Positions 25,941 to 29,309 of a DNA stretch of 29,309 nt are shown here, one piece after another. The number at the start of each line of letters is the position of its first letter. Within the stretch, counting starts at the first letter, position 1. The DNA comes from a virus (lineage: Duplodnaviria; Heunggongvirae; Uroviricota; Caudoviricetes), in the IMG/VR virus record IMGVR_UViG_3300018878_000133, positions 64,001-93,309 of that record; one strand, 5' to 3'. The notes under the pieces are model-generated. The model had not been told where the DNA came from and made no database searches. It saw only the letters and a program-made list of their open reading frames with translations. Both the position numbers and the translations under genes were made by a program.

Positions 25941-27986
25941 ATGGCAACAAAACAATATACTTCTGATAATATTAAAGTTTTAAATGACATCGAGCACATT
26001 CAGCTACGCTCTGGTATGTATATTGGAGAAGCAAATGATCCAAGGTCTCTTTTTTCTGAGATGTTTGATAATGCTATGGATGAGGTAAGTGCAAAGCATT
26101 CACACGAGCTTGTTGTTAATGTAAATACAAAAGAAAATAGATATACAGTCCAAGATTTTGGCCGTGGTATTCCACATGGTAAGAAAAAGCTTGATAATGG
26201 TGAAGAGAAGGAAGTAGTAGAGGTTCTAATGACCATTGCTAATTCTGGTGGTAAATTTGATAACAATTCATATAATTATTCTGCGGGCCTTAACGGCGTT
26301 GGTATGACTGTTACTAACGCGCTTTCAGAAACGTTTGAAATTACTACTAGACGTAAAGGTAAATTTGTTCATGCTATTACTCATGGTTCTGCGGACGTTG
26401 AACTAAGTAAAGGAAAAACAGACGAACTAGATGGTACAACAGCCTCATTTATTCCTAATAAAAAGTATTTCCATTCAGCTAAAATTCCTCACGAATTCGT
26501 TATAAACCGTTGTAAGATTGCTTCTGCACTCGGCTTTAGAGCAAGATGTATTATAGATAACGAAGAATTAGACACAAATTGTACTATTTTTGATTTAATT
26601 AAAGAAGAGGATTCTAAAATTGCAACGTACGTAGATATCCCAACAATTGAAGTTTCTAATGATCAAGGCGAGTCTATGAAAGCAGCTCTAAGATATACTT
26701 CTGATACTAAAGATAGATACTTTGGATATACTAACTTACTTTCCAACTATCTTGGAGGCACTCATATTCAATGCCTGTCTAAAACTATTGTTTCTACTTG
26801 GGAAGCTCTTCTAACTAAATATAAGAACTTACGTCCTGCTGTTGACCTAAAACCTTCTGATTATTTAGTTGGACTGCGCGGTATTTGTGCAGTATTTATT
26901 TCACATCCTGAGTTTTCTTCTCAGACAAAGGAGAAATTAGTAGTCAATAAGGCTTATTTTGATAGCCTTATGGAGGCTTTTAGCAAGAGCTTAACAAAGT
27001 ATTTGACTAATAACATTGAGGTCGCACAGCAGCTTTTAAAGCGTTTTGAGGAGTACCGTATAGCACAAAATGCTCTGCTTTCTCGTAAAGAAATTTCTTC
27101 TTTAATTAAAATTAATGAAGATTCTGGCGATAATATTCGACGTCGTTCAGTAGTTTCAAAACTTGTAGAATGTACATCTAAAAAGCGCGATGATACTGAA
27201 TTATTTATTGTTGAAGGTGACTCTGCTATGGGACCTTACCTCTGTGTTAGAGATAAAGCTACACAAGCTGTACTTCCTATTAGAGGTAAAATTCTTAACA
27301 CAACGTATAAAGACCTTAAAGAAGTAATTCAGAATAAAGAAATTTGCGATATTGCAAATAGTATTGGTTGTGGCATTGGAGCTCAATGTGACGCGTCAAA
27401 GTCACGTTATGAGAGGATTATTATTTCTGCCGATGCTGACCCAGATGGTTTACAAATTAATTGCCTTGTATTAGCAGTGTTCATTAATTTGTTTCCTGAC
27501 ATGGTAAAACAGGGTAGAGTATTTGTGTCACTCCCACCCTTGTACTGCTGGTCAACCAAAAAAGGTTATGATTGGTGTAATAAAGTTGAGGATATTCCTG
27601 CTTCAGCTAAAGATGTACACCGCTTTAAGGGACTTGGAGAAATGAATGACGACCAGCTTTTCTATTTTCTTGTCGATAAAGATACTAGAAATGTTATGCA
27701 GATTGAATATCCTTCTGATATTGATGAATTTAATAGGATTTTAGGAACTTCTGAAGGTAAAGGTAGCCTACTAAAAGACCTTGGGATCATTCTAAGTAAT
27801 GAAACAAAAGTCTTTGAGAATCCTAATTTGATAACTGACATCAAAAAAGCTGTAAAACCTAAAAAGCTTACTACTACATCTAATGAAAAAAATGTATCTA
27901 TTAGTAAACCTAGTACCAAAAAAGCGAAAACTGCTGAAGAGATCAAGCCTGCACAGGGAAATCTTTTTGCCGGGCTATTTGATTAA
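25941..27986 (+). CDS. gyrB: type IIA DNA topoisomerase subunit B (GyrB/ParE family)
   Basis: HIQLRSGMYIG, EMFDNAMDE, DFGRGIP, SGGKF...GLNGVG (GHKL ATPase); EGDSA, PIRGK, DADPDG (TOPRIM); RFKGLGEM. No long enterobacterial GyrB-type insertion, so gyrase versus topo IV cannot be decided. Confidence 0.93.
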   Translation: MATKQYTSDNIKVLNDIEHIQLRSGMYIGEANDPRSLFSEMFDNAMDEVSAKHSHELVVNVNTKENRYTVQDFGRGIPHGKKKLDNGEEKEVVEVLMTIANSGGKFDNNSYNYSAGLNGVGMTVTNALSETFEITTRRKGKFVHAITHGSADVELSKGKTDELDGTTASFIPNKKYFHSAKIPHEFVINRCKIASALGFRARCIIDNEELDTNCTIFDLIKEEDSKIATYVDIPTIEVSNDQGESMKAALRYTSDTKDRYFGYTNLLSNYLGGTHIQCLSKTIVSTWEALLTKYKNLRPAVDLKPSDYLVGLRGICAVFISHPEFSSQTKEKLVVNKAYFDSLMEAFSKSLTKYLTNNIEVAQQLLKRFEEYRIAQNALLSRKEISSLIKINEDSGDNIRRRSVVSKLVECTSKKRDDTELFIVEGDSAMGPYLCVRDKATQAVLPIRGKILNTTYKDLKEVIQNKEICDIANSIGCGIGAQCDASKSRYERIIISADADPDGLQINCLVLAVFINLFPDMVKQGRVFVSLPPLYCWSTKKGYDWCNKVEDIPASAKDVHRFKGLGEMNDDQLFYFLVDKDTRNVMQIEYPSDIDEFNRILGTSEGKGSLLKDLGIILSNETKVFENPNLITDIKKAVKPKKLTTTSNEKNVSISKPSTKKAKTAEEIKPAQGNLFAGLFD

Positions 27987-28001
27987 AAGGAGGAATACTA
28001 A

Positions 28002-29309
28002 ATGAATAAAGTTACACCAGTAAAGGATGCTTTAGAACTTGCTGCTGAAAATTATAAAGAATATAGTATTTATGTTGCAAATGGTAGAAGTTATCCTTGT
28101 ATCAAAGACGCTGCAAAAAGTGTGCAAAAACGTATCATTTATGGTATGTATAAATCCGCACCTAGACACATTGTGAAAATTAGCGAGCTAGCAGCGACGG
28201 GATTAAAATATCACCCTCATCCTTCCTCTATTTCCGGAGTAATTGTTTCTCTCGGAGATAACGGCAATAAACTAAGCTTTATGGATAAACAAGGTAACTG
28301 GGGTAATAAAGCTAAAGGCATTGAAGCTTCTGCGGATCGTTATATCGGTGGAAAGCTATCTGATTTAGCGATAGAACTATTATGTGATGGTATTGAATAT
28401 TGTCCTATGATGACAGGTGAGTTAGACTATGAAGAGCCTGTGGCTTTGCCAGCGTTGTTACCTATTTGCTTTATTAATGGTATGTCAGGCATCCCAGCAG
28501 GACTTCCTAAATTGAATATTCCTTGTCTTGATATCTCAGGGATGTTTGATTATTATCTAGACATTCTTAAGCACAAAGACCTTAATTATACTCCTAAGAA
28601 GCTTCCAATTCCTAATGTTGGAGTTCCTATATTATCATCTAAAGCTGATTGGGAAAGTGTCTTAAAGAATGGTAAGGGCACTATTCGACTTGCGCCTGAA
28701 ATGTCAATTGACAAGGATGGTATTATTACAATCACTGCTATGCCAGCATCTAAATCTGCAGAGCACGTAAGAAAGATCATTGAAAAAGAAATTCTTTTAG
28801 ATAAAGTAGATATGCGTGATGAGTCCACTTATGATACTAGAATTGTTATTGAAAAAGTATTTAAAAAGCAGTGCGATATGCAAGAGCTTTTTGATAGACT
28901 ATATAAAAAGTTACAGACTTCTGAAACTTATAACCTTGCTTTTTTCGACCAAGACCATATCTATGTTCCTTGTAGTTTTGATATGGTTGTTAAGTCTAAT
29001 CTTAATTATCTAATTGAAACTCATACTAATAGACTAACACATCAGATCAAGGATAACCAGGAAAAACTTGAAGTGCTTCAGATTATTGAAAAACTAAAAA
29101 AGACAAATAATTGGAAAGCTATTTTTGACCTAACTTATGAAGATGCTTGTACATTTCTTCAAAAAACTTTTAAATGCTCTGTAGAAACTTCTCAAGCTGT
29201 ACTACGTAAACCTATTTCTTATTTAACTAAAGAACATCAACAGGAAATTACTGACCTTCAAAATATTATTAGTGAGCTTGAAAATGACCAGTCTGATATT
29301 TTTGAAATG
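28002..29309 (+). CDS. gyrA: type IIA DNA topoisomerase subunit A (GyrA/ParC family), 3'-truncated
   Basis: ATG at 28002 after AGGAGG; open to the window end (436 codons; absent from the track because there is no stop). DAAKSVQKR, KYHPH, QGNWG, ASADRY (catalytic Tyr codon 28341-28343), EPVALPALLP...ING..GI. Confidence 0.9.
   Translation, partial: MNKVTPVKDALELAAENYKEYSIYVANGRSYPCIKDAAKSVQKRIIYGMYKSAPRHIVKISELAATGLKYHPHPSSISGVIVSLGDNGNKLSFMDKQGNWGNKAKGIEASADRYIGGKLSDLAIELLCDGIEYCPMMTGELDYEEPVALPALLPICFINGMSGIPAGLPKLNIPCLDISGMFDYYLDILKHKDLNYTPKKLPIPNVGVPILSSKADWESVLKNGKGTIRLAPEMSIDKDGIITITAMPASKSAEHVRKIIEKEILLDKVDMRDESTYDTRIVIEKVFKKQCDMQELFDRLYKKLQTSETYNLAFFDQDHIYVPCSFDMVVKSNLNYLIETHTNRLTHQIKDNQEKLEVLQIIEKLKKTNNWKAIFDLTYEDACTFLQKTFKCSVETSQAVLRKPISYLTKEHQQEITDLQNIISELENDQSDIFEM

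Noticed and set aside
64-28828. Minus-strand ORFs in the track (e.g. 12801..13154, 13200..13541, 16300..16698, 17527..17949, 21394..21807, 22012..22479, 26000..26266)
   Set aside because: All lie antisense to well-supported + strand genes, lack RBSs and have Ser/Leu/Phe-rich shadow composition.
2123-29013. Alternative-frame + strand ORFs (2123..2395, 7106..7318, 9690..9929, 23179..23415, 28816..29013)
   Set aside because: Nested within better genes that have RBSs and recognisable motifs; 28816..29013 lies inside the topoisomerase A frame.
1-29309. Stop-codon reassignment (TAG or TGA read-through), as in some large gut phages
   Set aside because: Long genes (743, 2917 and 681 aa) are intact under the standard code, and TAG/TGA stops fall at sensible gene ends followed by new RBSs.
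10456-29309. Introns, inteins or homing endonucleases in pflB or the topoisomerase genes
   Set aside because: Reading frames are continuous, motif spacing is normal or compact, and no LAGLIDADG, HNH or intein motifs were seen.
10159-29309. Reading pflB, gyrB/gyrA and hpr as bacterial chromosome sequence
   Set aside because: They are interleaved with baseplate genes and phage-type orphan ORFs on one strand, lack usual bacterial neighbours (pflA, dnaA/recF, ptsI), and the topoisomerase motifs are divergent.
1-29309. tRNA, rRNA or long structured ncRNA genes
   Set aside because: Intergenic gaps are at most about 130 bp and are accounted for by terminators, promoter motifs and RBSs; no cloverleaf or T-loop GTTCRA context was found in them.

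Overview
AT-rich, densely coded segment with every credible gene on the + strand. It reads as part of a large contractile-tailed (myovirus-type) phage, probably infecting anaerobic gut Firmicutes/Clostridia (host is inferred from the PflB and HPr-like sequences). Layout: (1) 1-10.1 kb, a translationally coupled run of about 30 small accessory genes, including a partial HD-domain protein, a Zn-dependent deaminase, a stand-alone TyrRS-S4-like protein, two Mtd_N-like modules, a cyclic-phosphate receiver-like protein and many Zn-ribbon proteins; (2) 10.1-12.7 kb, a His-less HPr-like gene followed by a full-length pyruvate formate-lyase gene with no adjacent activase; (3) 12.8-25.8 kb, a baseplate/tail module (OB-fold spike/hub, gp25-like wedge, a 2917-aa gp6/baseplate-J-like giant, a gpI/gp7-like protein, a beta-helix fibre/spike and a membrane protein); (4) 25.9-29.3 kb, type IIA topoisomerase subunits B and A (A runs off the window). 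Five intrinsic terminators and two recurring promoter-like motifs divide the window into units. I saw no tRNA, rRNA, CRISPR array, intron, intein or transposase. All family assignments come from motif recognition by eye, not from database searches.
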